Shown here: positions 1 to 9,915 of the stretch, piece by piece
Position numbering within the stretch: position 1 is the first letter of the stretch
Layout of the letters: each line of letters opens with the position of its first letter
Origin: Actinopolymorpha alba DSM 45243
Lineage (GTDB): Bacteria > Actinomycetota > Actinomycetes > Propionibacteriales > Actinopolymorphaceae
Length of the DNA stretch: 24,000 bases
NCBI RefSeq assembly: GCF_000373925.1
Contig: NZ_KB892755.1
Location: forward strand, 67,968-91,967
Direction: 5' to 3'
Program-made: the position numbers and the translations under genes
The notes under the pieces: model-generated
What the model saw: only the letters and a program-made list of their open reading frames with translations
Told to the model about the DNA's origin: nothing
Database searches by the model: none

Positions 1-962
1 ACCTCCTGCTCACCACGCCGCCGGACGAACTCGCCGCGCGCTATCTCGCGGGCACTCTCCCCGACATTGGCCTCTCGGTGTTCCTCGACACCTATGGACA
101 TCGGGCCGCCGCCGAGGTCGACGTCGGTGTGCCTCGCTGGGAGGAGGCGCCGGCCCCGGTGTTCGCCATGATCGCGAACTATCTGCGGGTCACCGATCCC
201 GAGCAGGCTCCCGACCAGCGGTTTGAACGCGCGGCTGCGGCAGCCGAAGCGAAGCTGGCGGAACTCCGGGAGCGGGTACGCCGCAGCCGGCCGATCCGCG
301 GGCGCCTCGCGGTGTTCTTCCTGCGCCGGGCACGGGCCTTGTCTGGTCTGCGGGAGGCCGGGAAGTTCACCGGGCTGTACGCACTCCGCGAGATACGGCG
401 GCAACTTCTGCTCGTGGGCGCGGACCTGGCCGAGCGTGGACTGCTGGAGGGCGCCGGCGACATCATGTTCCTCACGATTGCCGAGGCGCGCTCAGCTGTC
501 GACGAGGGCGCCGATCATCGGGAGATTGTCCTTTCCCGTAAGGCCGTTCACGAGCGGGAGCTGCGCCGCCGGAGTGTGCCAGTCGCCATTCTGTCCGACG
601 GAACCGACGTGGAGACGCTCCTGCCAGCGCCAGCCTCGGCGGACGGGGCGCTCAAGGGTGTCGGCGCCGCGGCGGGGAGGGCGACCGGCCGCGCCCGCGT
701 GGTTCGCGACCTCGCGTCCGCCCACCTCGAACCCGGTGAGATCCTCGTCGCCCCGACCACGGATCCCGGCTGGACGCCGCTCTTCCTGACGGCGGGTGGC
801 CTGGTAACCGAGACGGGAGCGCCGATGGCTCACGGCCCGACCGTGGCTCGGGAGTACGGCATCCCAGCGGTCATCTGCGTACCCGCGGCTACGGAGAAGA
901 TCCAGACCGGGCAGGTCATCACGGTCGACGGCGCCGCGGGAACGGTCTCCTTCGACCCGTGA
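1..962 (+). CDS. PEP-utilising enzyme, C-terminal part (PEP synthase / rifampin phosphotransferase-like); 5' end lies outside the window
   Basis: Frame 3 is open from nt 3, so the listed GVG start at 78 is internal. The C-terminus carries the PEP-utilisers mobile (swivel His) domain: GRATGRARVV...GEILVAPTTDPGWTPLFLTAGGLVTETGAPMAHGPTVAREYGIPAVICV...VITVDGAAGTV. Stop at 960-962. Confidence 0.8.
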   Translation, partial: LLLTTPPDELAARYLAGTLPDIGLSVFLDTYGHRAAAEVDVGVPRWEEAPAPVFAMIANYLRVTDPEQAPDQRFERAAAAAEAKLAELRERVRRSRPIRGRLAVFFLRRARALSGLREAGKFTGLYALREIRRQLLLVGADLAERGLLEGAGDIMFLTIAEARSAVDEGADHREIVLSRKAVHERELRRRSVPVAILSDGTDVETLLPAPASADGALKGVGAAAGRATGRARVVRDLASAHLEPGEILVAPTTDPGWTPLFLTAGGLVTETGAPMAHGPTVAREYGIPAVICVPAATEKIQTGQVITVDGAAGTVSFDP

Positions 963-985
963 CCTCTGGCCTTGGATTAGTCACG

Positions 986-1789
986 TCAACGAGGTGGGCC
1001 GGCCTCGATCCGGCGCTGGATGACGGTCAGCGGCTCGTTGATGTCGGACGGTTCGTCGATCACCCAGGTTGCTCCAGCTTTCTCCAAGGCATCTATCGAC
1101 GAGGTGGAGTTCAGCGCTGTGATGATCTCGAAGCCCTCCGGCGGGTCGAGACGTTCGACCACCTCGGCCAGCACCTCCGGCCGAAGGCCGCCCTCGGGGG
1201 CGCGCGGATCCAGCGGGTAGAACCCATCCCAGCGAAGCGCTCGCTGCATCGGTCGCCGGTGCGGCACTGAGCCCGCGACCCAAATCGGCGGACGCGGCTT
1301 CTGCACCGCGGCTGGCGCCAGCTGCGCCGACACCCGGAAGTACTCGCCCGTATGCGACACCGCCTCTCCCCGCAAGAAGGCGTCGATCAACGGCAACGCC
1401 TCGTCCAGCATCGCGGCGTGGACTCGCGCCGAATCGGACTCGCCGAACGCGGCGTACTCGAGGTCCGCCGGCGCACCAAGCCCTACACCTAGCGTCACCC
1501 TCCCATTGCTCAGGTGATCGATGGTCGTAACCTGCTTCGCAAGCTGCCACGGCCGACGCCGGGCCACCGGCGTCACAAGTGTCCCGAGCCGCAGTCGGGA
1601 CGTGCGTGTCGCAAACGCGCCGATGAGACTCCACGGGTCGTGTAGCTCGGGCCGGTTGGACCCTCTATGCAGGTGGTCCCACAGGAAGAAACCATCCCAG
1701 CCCGTCGCTTCTGCCGTCACGGCAAGATCGACCAGAAACGCCGGATCGCCCACGGCCGGCACGTTCAACCCCAATTTCACGAGGCTCAA
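986..1789 (-). CDS. LLM-class (luciferase-like) flavin/F420-dependent oxidoreductase
   Basis: 267-aa ORF with a typical LLM layout: GLNVP...LAVTAEATGWDGFFLWDHL...RLRLGTLVTPVARRRPWQLAKQVTTIDHLSNGRVTLGVGLG. TTG start at 1789 (GTG alternative at 1780). Lies 19 nt downstream of the PPOX-like gene on the same strand. Confidence 0.8.
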   Translation of the reverse strand: MSLVKLGLNVPAVGDPAFLVDLAVTAEATGWDGFFLWDHLHRGSNRPELHDPWSLIGAFATRTSRLRLGTLVTPVARRRPWQLAKQVTTIDHLSNGRVTLGVGLGAPADLEYAAFGESDSARVHAAMLDEALPLIDAFLRGEAVSHTGEYFRVSAQLAPAAVQKPRPPIWVAGSVPHRRPMQRALRWDGFYPLDPRAPEGGLRPEVLAEVVERLDPPEGFEIITALNSTSSIDALEKAGATWVIDEPSDINEPLTVIQRRIEAGPPR

Positions 1790-1808
1790 ACTACATCGGC
1801 ACTTCGGA

Positions 1809-2297
1809 TCAGCTCTGCTGGTGGGCCACCATCAGGTCTTCGACCGCCTTCGGGATGGTCGTCTCGAAGTCCAGCAGCTTCGCCCAGTCGGGCTCGATCG
1901 TGATGCAGACCATCCGCTGATAGAGCGCGCGCAGTCCGGCCTCCCGGGCAGCGAACTGCTCCGCCGGCACCAGTTTCCGGGAGGCTTCGACATAGCCGTC
2001 GGGTACGCCGTCGACGAGCTCGAGCGTCGCCGAGCCGCGGATGAGCAGCACGTGGGGCGGAAATCCTTCGGTGTCGATGGTGATCGCCACCCGGGGTTCT
2101 GTTGTAGGGCCCGCACCTTCGCCGACGCCGGAACGGTGTACATGAGGATCTGCGAGCCGTTCCAGAGGAGCCCGATCGGAACCACCCGAGGGTCACCCGT
2201 CGAGCCCGACATAAGAGAACCGCGCCGGAATGCCCGACCCCAGCAACTCCTGGGAGATCGGCTTGGCCAGCACGTCAGCGACATCCTGCTGCTTCAT
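1809..2297 (-). pseudogene. Pyridoxamine 5'-phosphate oxidase (PPOX) family / F420-dependent-like protein, disrupted by two compensating 1-nt frameshifts
   Basis: Hand translation of the minus strand gives three pieces. ATG at 2297 gives MKQQDVADVLAKPISQELLGSGIPARFSYVGLDG, then TGA (2195-2193). The next frame gives DPRVVPIGLLWNGSQILMYTVPASAKVRALQQNPG. The original frame then resumes as VAITIDTEGFPPHVLLIRGSATLELVDG...MVAHQQS (listed ORF 1809..2090). Joined, these make a ~163-aa PPOX-like protein. Confidence 0.6.
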
Positions 2298-2401
2298 TAC
2301 TCAGCCCTCTCTGTCTGGCAGCACCCATTGCGCCGCTCTGAGGTGTGGACGGAGTCGCTCGCGCTTTCTCGACATCTTTTGACGATTTGACCCTGTCGCA
2401 G

Positions 2402-2418
2402 GGCACGACCGTCGTGCC
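2402..2418. promoter_or_regulatory. Perfect 17-bp palindrome ggcacgac-c-gtcgtgcc abutting the MFS start codon; candidate operator or start-occluding hairpin
   Basis: Read directly: 8-bp arms around one central base at 2402-2418, with ATG at 2419. It overlaps a second small palindrome ccctg-tcg-caggg (2391-2403). Located in the divergent PPOX/MFS intergenic region. Confidence 0.3.
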
Positions 2419-3765
2419 ATGATCACCGTCATGGTGAACAGGCTGCTGATCAACAGAGCCTTTGCCGGGGTCTGGTCGGCGGGGGCAGTTTCCTGGGTCG
2501 GGGATTTCGTCTTCGACACGACCGTGCTGCTGTGGATCTCGACCGTCCTGGCCAAAGACCAGCCCTGGGCGCCGGCCGCCGCCTCGGGCGTTCTGCTCGC
2601 GGTCCTCGTGCCCGGGGTCATCGCGGGGCCGATCGCCGGAGTCTTCGTTGACCGCTGGGACCCGCGGCGCACCATGCTGTGGTCGGATGCGATCCGCGCC
2701 GTCCTGGTCGGCGCTTTGGTCGTCCTGCCTTTGCTCCCGGCAGGGACATTGCCGGTGGCGGTGCAGTTGACCATCGTGTACGCGACGGTCGTGCTCAACA
2801 CCATCGTCTCGCGATTCTTCACTCCGGCGCGTTTCACCATCATCGCCGACATAGTCCCGGAGGCAGACCAGCCGCGCGCCGCCGGTATCACCCAGGCCAC
2901 GAGCGCGGCGGCTGGCATCGTCGGTCCGCCGCTTGCCGCGCCGCTGCTCTTCACTGCGGGTATCGAGTGGGCGCTCGTCGTGAACGCCTTGAGCTTCGTC
3001 CTCTCCTACCTCATCATCTGGAAGGTCCGGACGCCGAAGATCGAGCGCAAGCCCGCCCCCACAGGAGAGCGCGGATCGGGATTCTGGCAGGAATTCCTGG
3101 TCGGAGTGCAGACGATCGGCCGAAGCCAGGTCCTGCTCGCGATTCTCATCATGGGCATGATCGCCAACATCGCCGCGCAGACCTTCAACGCACTCGGGGT
3201 CTTCTTCGTCACGGACAACCTGAACACACCGGCGAGGTACTTCGGCCTTCAGGACGCGGTGATGGGAGTCGGCGTCGTCGTGGGCGCGGCGCTCGCCGGC
3301 TGGCTGGCTCCCCGGCTCGGGTACACCCGGACGATCTGGGGCAGCATGCTGGCATTCGGGCTCTGCCTGGGTGTCTATGCCAGGACGACAAGCTTTGTTG
3401 TCGCGCTCCTGATCCTGCTGCTGGCGGCCGTCCCGCTCGGCGGCATGAACACAGCGATGAGTCCGCTCATGATTCAGACCGTGCCGAGAGAGGTGCTCGG
3501 CAGGGTATTCGCGACCTTTGTGCCAGGGGTCCAGTCGATCGGCATCGCGGGCGTCGCTTTCGCCGGTTGGATTTCGAGTTCGGTCCTGCGCGACCTGGAC
3601 ACCGAGCTCCTCGGCGTGCACTTCGGAACCTACGACACTGTGTTTCTGTGTGCTGGATTGATCGTCGTCGCCTCCGGCCTGTATGGAATGGTCGCCCTCA
3701 GAAGGGCCACCCAGACGTCTGAGAACGCAGCGGCCCAGGCGGCGGCCCACTCGCGAGGGGAATAG
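2419..3765 (+). CDS. MFS transporter (12-TM, EntS/MFS_3-like)
   Basis: 448-aa hydrophobic ORF with repeated TM segments and an MFS loop motif: GPIAGVFVDRWDPRRTMLWSDAIRA. An alternative start is the ATG at 2431. Confidence 0.85.
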   Translation: MITVMVNRLLINRAFAGVWSAGAVSWVGDFVFDTTVLLWISTVLAKDQPWAPAAASGVLLAVLVPGVIAGPIAGVFVDRWDPRRTMLWSDAIRAVLVGALVVLPLLPAGTLPVAVQLTIVYATVVLNTIVSRFFTPARFTIIADIVPEADQPRAAGITQATSAAAGIVGPPLAAPLLFTAGIEWALVVNALSFVLSYLIIWKVRTPKIERKPAPTGERGSGFWQEFLVGVQTIGRSQVLLAILIMGMIANIAAQTFNALGVFFVTDNLNTPARYFGLQDAVMGVGVVVGAALAGWLAPRLGYTRTIWGSMLAFGLCLGVYARTTSFVVALLILLLAAVPLGGMNTAMSPLMIQTVPREVLGRVFATFVPGVQSIGIAGVAFAGWISSSVLRDLDTELLGVHFGTYDTVFLCAGLIVVASGLYGMVALRRATQTSENAAAQAAAHSRGE

Positions 3766-3769
3766 TTGA

Positions 3770-5302
<1,533 letters not shown>

Positions 5303-5319
5303 CTGAAGGAGGCCGACGG

Positions 5320-5757
5320 ATGCGCATTACGCAAGGCACATTCTCATATCTCCCCGATCTCACCGACGACGAGATCGCGATGCAGGTGCAGTACGCGCTC
5401 GACCATGGTTGGGCGCTCTCGGTGGAGTTCACCGATGACCCACACCCACGCAACCATTACTGGCACATGTGGGGCCTGCCGATGTTCGACCTGCACGACG
5501 CGGCCGGTGTGGTGTACGAAGTCAACGAATGCCGGCAGGCGTACCCGCTTTACTACATCCGGGTCAATGCGTACGACGCCAGCCCGACCCGCCAGACCAC
5601 GGCCCTGTCATTCATCGTGAATCGTCCGCCAGACGAGCCAGGCTTCCGGCTCGAGCGGCAGGAACACGTGGACCGGCGCCTGCGATACACGCTGCACCCC
5701 TATGCCGCCGACCGGCCCGCTGGCGACCGTTACCCGCCCACAATGCCGGAACGATGA
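5320..5757 (+). CDS. cbbS: RuBisCO small subunit (red-type, with C-terminal beta-hairpin extension)
   Basis: [19 protein letters not shown]...[12 protein letters not shown]...YIRVNAYD is typical CbbS. SD gaaggagg at 5305-5312 precedes the ATG at 5320; the listed TTG at 5299 overlaps the cbbL stop and is less likely. Confidence 0.93.
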   Translation: MRITQGTFSYLPDLTDDEIAMQVQYALDHGWALSVEFTDDPHPRNHYWHMWGLPMFDLHDAAGVVYEVNECRQAYPLYYIRVNAYDASPTRQTTALSFIVNRPPDEPGFRLERQEHVDRRLRYTLHPYAADRPAGDRYPPTMPER

Positions 5758-6764
5758 CGGGCAACGACGAACCACGGCAAGGATTCCAGATGCCGACGCC
5801 CGGGGGGACGGATCAGGAGAGCACGACACAGGGCCCCACCGACCCGGCGGCGCGATCTCGTCGTGCGTCGCCATCGCGGCTGCCCGCGGACGCCACAGTC
5901 GACCTCGCCGCCGAACGCCGGGCCTCCGGCATCGACGAGATCCTCGACACTCTTGATCGGGAGTTGGTCGGTCTCGCACCGGTCAAGACCCGGATCCGCG
6001 AGCTCGCCGCGCTCCTGCTGGTGGATCGGGTCCGCCAGGGTTTCCAGTTGAGCGCGTCCCGGCCGAGTCTGCACATGTCGTTCACCGGAAGCCCGGGTAC
6101 CGGAAAGACGACCGTGGCCCTGCGAATGGCCGAACTCCTGCACCGGTTGGGATGCATCGACCGCGGCCATCTGGTAGCCGTCACCCGGGACGATCTGGTC
6201 GGGCAGTATGTCGGGCACACCGCTCCCAAAACGAAGGAAGTCATCAAGCGGGCGATGGGCGGGGTGCTCTTCATCGACGAGGCCTACTACCTCTATCGCG
6301 CCGAGAACGAACGTGACTACGGCCAGGAGGCGATCGAGATTCTCCTGCAGGTCATGGAAAGTCACCGCGACAGCCTGGTGGTCATTTTCGCCGGCTACAA
6401 GGACCGCATGGAGTCCTTCTTCAGCTCCAATCCAGGGCTGAGCTCGCGGATCGCCCACCACCTCGACTTCTCCGACTACGATCTCGACGAGTTGATGGCG
6501 ATCGCCGCGTTGATGCTCGAGCGTGAGCACTACCGCTTTTCTGAGCCGGCCGAGCGTACGTTCCGCGACTATCTCCAGCGCCGGATGCGCCAACCCCGGT
6601 TCGCCAACGCCCGCAGCGTCCGCAACGCGCTCGAGCGGGCCCGCCTCCGCCAGGCGAACCGCCTACTCGCGGCGACGGGACGCACGTGGAGTCGGGACGA
6701 CCTGATGCGTTTCGAACCCGAGGACTTCCTCGCCAGCCGGGTGTTCGCCGACGAGTCCACCTGA
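5754..6764 (+). CDS. cbbX: CbbX, AAA+ red-type RuBisCO activase
   Basis: [29 protein letters not shown]...[16 protein letters not shown] (Walker A)...[13 protein letters not shown] (Walker B)...[18 protein letters not shown]...[22 protein letters not shown]. The ATG at 5754 overlaps the cbbS stop (ATGA). The listed ORF start at 5469 lies inside cbbS and is rejected. Confidence 0.92.
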   Translation: MTGNDEPRQGFQMPTPGGTDQESTTQGPTDPAARSRRASPSRLPADATVDLAAERRASGIDEILDTLDRELVGLAPVKTRIRELAALLLVDRVRQGFQLSASRPSLHMSFTGSPGTGKTTVALRMAELLHRLGCIDRGHLVAVTRDDLVGQYVGHTAPKTKEVIKRAMGGVLFIDEAYYLYRAENERDYGQEAIEILLQVMESHRDSLVVIFAGYKDRMESFFSSNPGLSSRIAHHLDFSDYDLDELMAIAALMLEREHYRFSEPAERTFRDYLQRRMRQPRFANARSVRNALERARLRQANRLLAATGRTWSRDDLMRFEPEDFLASRVFADEST

Positions 6765-6771
6765 CGGCGGG

Positions 6772-7500
6772 TCACGCCTGGGCCAGGCCCAGCGACCTGA
6801 TCAGGTCAAGCATCTCGGCGCGGTGCAGCGCGGCCGGGTTGCGTGCGACGGGATGGATGTGGCCGTCGATTTCCAGGGCTACCAGGCCGTGCATCCGGCC
6901 CCAGACGCGCAGCGCGAGCGCCGCCGCGGCGGGTGGTACGTCCGGGAGGTCTGCCTGGATCTTCGCGACGTAGTCCGGGTGAAGGTCGGACCAGGAGGTG
7001 TCCTCGGGCTGGAGCTGCCGGGCCTGGGGCCAAGCGGCAGTGACCAGGCGGGTCAGCTCGCGGCATACGCGGCGTGCCGTCTGGTCCACCGGCCCGTCCT
7101 CGGGGGGCTGGTAGCCGGGGATGGGGTGGCCGTAGAAGAGCCGGAAGCTCTCCGGGTGAGCCAGCGCCCATTCCCTCAGGGCCTGGCCCCACGCCAGCAG
7201 CCTGCCGCCGGGGTCGGTGTCGGACACGGCGTTGCTGGCGGTTTGCAGGGACTCCGCGAGCGAGGCGGCGATTCCGGTGATCAGTGCCGTGATCAGGTCG
7301 TCTCGGGTGGGGAAGTAGCTGTAGATCGCGCGTGCGGTCATCCCCATCTCGCGGGCGATGCCGCGCAGCGAGATCGCTCCGGGCCCGCCGTCGGCCATCT
7401 GCCGCAGCGCGATGGACTTGATCTCCCGGCTCGTCTCCGCCCGCAGCCGCTCCCGGCGGCTCAGCACGACCGCGACGCGCTCGCCCTCGTCCTCGCTCAC
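6772..7500 (-). CDS. TetR/AcrR family transcriptional regulator with WHG-type C-terminal domain
   Basis: N-terminal HTH: REIKSIALRQMADGGPGAISLRGIAREMGMTARAIYSYFPTRDDLITALI. C-terminal WGRMHGLVALEIDGH (W-x3-HG). GTG start at 7500. Convergent with cbbX (7-bp gap) and divergent from the DUF1330 gene. Confidence 0.85.
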   Translation of the reverse strand: MSEDEGERVAVVLSRRERLRAETSREIKSIALRQMADGGPGAISLRGIAREMGMTARAIYSYFPTRDDLITALITGIAASLAESLQTASNAVSDTDPGGRLLAWGQALREWALAHPESFRLFYGHPIPGYQPPEDGPVDQTARRVCRELTRLVTAAWPQARQLQPEDTSWSDLHPDYVAKIQADLPDVPPAAAALALRVWGRMHGLVALEIDGHIHPVARNPAALHRAEMLDLIRSLGLAQA

Positions 7501-7579
7501 CTTGAGCAGGTTACAGGGTTTCGGTTAGTCTCCGGAGGAACATAAGTACACGCCGTGTCCAATGGAAACGGAGTTCCCC

Positions 7580-7894
7580 ATGGCCGCTTACGTCATCGTC
7601 AACGCCGATGTGCTCGACGAGGAGGCCGGGTGGGCCTACGCCCCCGTGGCCCAGAAGTCCATCCTCAGCCACGGCGGCCGTTATCTGGTCGCGGGCGCCA
7701 CGCCCGAGCCCGTCGAGGGCACCTGGGACTCCTCCCGGTTCCTGGTCATCGAGTTCCCCGACATGGACCGGATCCGGGAGTGGTACGACTCCCCGGAGTA
7801 CCGGCAGGCCCGGGAGATACGGGAGGGCAAGCTCCGGGTAGGGCTCTTGTTCGTCGAGGGCGCGCCGCCCGAGGGCTTCTCCCTCCCGGCGTAG
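7580..7894 (+). CDS. DUF1330 domain protein
   Basis: AAYVIVNADVLDEE...YAP.A...HGGRYLV.G...EG.W...R.VVIEFPDMDRIREWYDSPEYRQAREIR is the DUF1330 pattern. The ATG at 7580 is preceded by ggag 6 nt upstream; the listed ATG at 7562 is an alternative. Confidence 0.75.
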   Translation: MAAYVIVNADVLDEEAGWAYAPVAQKSILSHGGRYLVAGATPEPVEGTWDSSRFLVIEFPDMDRIREWYDSPEYRQAREIREGKLRVGLLFVEGAPPEGFSLPA

Positions 7895-7904
7895 CCGGTG
7901 AGGT

Positions 7905-7967
7905 CCCGTTGGGTCCGGGGCACCCTTGTATGGCTCTATTGGTCAGGGGTGCCCCCGACCCAACGGG
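7905..7967. terminator. Long GC-rich hairpin between convergent genes (candidate bidirectional terminator)
   Basis: cccgttgggtccggggcaccc (7905-7925) pairs with gggtgcccccgacccaacggg (7947-7967): a 21-bp stem with one mismatch and a ~21-nt loop. It lies between the DUF1330 stop (7894) and the prk stop (8018). No U-tract. Confidence 0.45.
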
Positions 7968-8017
7968 CTGGTCCCGCTGGTCCCACTGGTCCCGCTCTGG
8001 CCCGGATGGTCCGCTCC

Positions 8018-8965
8018 TCACCCGGCGGCGGACAGCAGCTGATGGAGCAGCAGAAGCTGGGTGATGGCGAGTGACTCGCTGCGCTCGCCGTTGCCGATGT
8101 CGCCCAGCGACTCCGGTGGATCGCCGCCGTCCACACCCAGCCGCGACCAGATCGCTTTCAGCACGACCTGGCTCTCCTCCCGCGGTGCGTACCCATGGAT
8201 GTGGAGCGTGTCGACGGGTCGCCCGTCCTCGTCCCTGCTCAGCTTGAGGTGGATCGCGCGCTGGCCGTTCAGGGCGACGATCCTGCGCAGGTCGGGGTGC
8301 CGCAGTGTCGGGCGTAGCAGCAGTTCGGCCGACAGAGGCGTACCCGGTGCGTCATGGCGACCGGGGACAGGCGCGAACCGCGCGACGAGATCGGCGAACG
8401 CCCGCTGCGGCCGGATGAACGCCGCCGACTCCGGCTCGCGGTGCTCGAGCTCGGCCAGCACCTGGTCGACTCTGTAGCCACGCTTCTGCGTGTCGCGGCC
8501 GACCTTCCACCGCCGGCGGATGTCCTCCGGAGGGTCGAGATAGACCATGAAGTCGAAACACGCCCGGGTCAGGCGGGAATGCAACGGCAGCAGGCCCTCG
8601 ACAATGACGAACTCCCGCGGCTCGACGAGTTCAGGGCGGATGAGTTGACCTGTGTCATGGTCGTACACGGGTTTGAGAATGGGCTGGCCGGTCGCGAGCA
8701 GTTGCAGGTGCTGCTCCATGATTTCGACGTAGTTGCAGTCCGGATGCAAGGCGGTGAACGGCAGGCCCTTGCGTTCCTGACGGTCATAACGGTGATAGTC
8801 GTCAACACAGACGGTGGTGACCCGCGCCGGACCCAATGGCTCGGCCAGCCCTCTGCTGAGTGTGGTTTTGCCGGCCGCGCTGTCACCGGCGATCGCGATC
8901 ATGACCGGCCGGTGAGCCCGCTCCTTTCGGCGAACCCGTTCCATCCGGATCAGCTTGTGCGGCAT
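8018..8965 (-). CDS. prk: Phosphoribulokinase
   Basis: PRK/uridine-kinase family: VMIAIAGDSAAGKTTLSRGL (P-loop)...VCVDDYHRYDRQERK...TALHPDCNYVEIMEQHLQLLATGQPILKPVYDHDTGQL...VIVEGLLPL...DFMVYLDPPEDIRRRWKVGRDTQKRGY. The ATG at 8965 is preceded by aaggaggagggg; the listed start at 9010 adds 15 unlikely residues. Confidence 0.9.
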   Translation of the reverse strand: MPHKLIRMERVRRKERAHRPVMIAIAGDSAAGKTTLSRGLAEPLGPARVTTVCVDDYHRYDRQERKGLPFTALHPDCNYVEIMEQHLQLLATGQPILKPVYDHDTGQLIRPELVEPREFVIVEGLLPLHSRLTRACFDFMVYLDPPEDIRRRWKVGRDTQKRGYRVDQVLAELEHREPESAAFIRPQRAFADLVARFAPVPGRHDAPGTPLSAELLLRPTLRHPDLRRIVALNGQRAIHLKLSRDEDGRPVDTLHIHGYAPREESQVVLKAIWSRLGVDGGDPPESLGDIGNGERSESLAITQLLLLHQLLSAAG

Positions 8966-9252
8966 GTCGTCCCCTCCTCCTTGCGGAAACGGACGCCGTC
9001 CAACGGACACCCGCCGGAATCTCGCGCTGAGAAATCCGGTGATGGCATCGCGGCCATTGGTCGGTTTCGAGACAAAAGACCCAGCCAGTGGCCACGGGTT
9101 TCCTCATGACGGTAGATCGGCCCGCGAGCCGCGAAATCCCCCCGCGAGGGGATGCGGGTGGGGAGCCTTTCCGGGCGGATATCGGGCGTTCGTCCGGATC
9201 CATTGATCGGTATAAGCCGTCCTCCAGGGGCGTCCGCTCATAGGCTCGTCCC

Positions 9253-9915
9253 ATGAAGAGCCAGCCGTTGCGGCTCGTTCTCGTCGATGACCATGAAATG
9301 GTGATCGAAGGGCTCAAAGCGCTCCTGGCGCGGTTTCACGGGCGAGTGCGCGTTGTCGCGGAATCCGTGAACGCGAACGACGCCGAGGCCCTTGTCGCCG
9401 CGCTCGACCCGGACGTCGTGGTGTCGGACGTACGCCTGCGCGGTTCGGTCAGCGGCCTTGACCTGTGTCGCCTTCTGGTGGAGGCGAATCCCGCGCGTCG
9501 GGTCGTGCTGCTGAGCGCGTACGACGACGAGCAGTACCTTTTCCAGGCCTTGCGTGCCGGTGCCGCCGGCTATCTCCTGAAATCGATCGAACGCGACGAA
9601 CTCGTCCGCCAACTCGAACGCGCCGCCCGCGGCGAAACCGTCGTCGATCCGTCCATGGCGGCCCGGGCGGTTTCCTCCGCCGCGCGCCTGCAGGCAGGGG
9701 AGTTCTGGCCCGGAGCGCATCTGAGCCTCACCCAGCGGGAGAGTGAGGTGCTCGGCCTGCTCGTCGCCGGCCTCTCGAATCGCGCGATCGCTGGCAAGCT
9801 GGTGCTGGGAGAGGAGACGGTCAAGAGTCACGTGCGTTCGATCTTCCGCAAACTCGACGTGAACGACCGGGCCGGTGCGGTCGCGGTTGCCCTGCGGGAG
9901 GGGATATTCCAATGA
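9253..9915 (+). CDS. NarL/FixJ (LuxR-type HTH) family response regulator
   Basis: Receiver residues are present: LVLVDDHE, VVVSDVRL (phospho-acceptor Asp), VVLLSAYDD, AGYLLKS. C-terminal LuxR HTH: LTQRESEVLGLLVAGLSNRAIAGKLVLGEETVKSHVRSIFRKLDVNDR. Confidence 0.9.
   Translation: MKSQPLRLVLVDDHEMVIEGLKALLARFHGRVRVVAESVNANDAEALVAALDPDVVVSDVRLRGSVSGLDLCRLLVEANPARRVVLLSAYDDEQYLFQALRAGAAGYLLKSIERDELVRQLERAARGETVVDPSMAARAVSSAARLQAGEFWPGAHLSLTQRESEVLGLLVAGLSNRAIAGKLVLGEETVKSHVRSIFRKLDVNDRAGAVAVALREGIFQ

Noticed and set aside
5469-5753. Upstream extension of the cbbX ORF (listed start 5469)
   Set aside because: It lies entirely inside cbbS in another frame and has an Arg/Pro-rich composition. The ATG at 5754 overlaps the cbbS stop and gives a normal CbbX.
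7968-7994. Short tandem repeats considered as a CRISPR or minisatellite
   Set aside because: There are only three 9-nt units with no spacers. This is not CRISPR architecture.
7895-9252. DosR/DevR-type box (GGGAC-n-GTCCC palindrome) near prk or the two-component genes
   Set aside because: There are several gtccc/ggtccc cores, but I found no proper inverted pair with the right spacing. They are insufficient to call a site.
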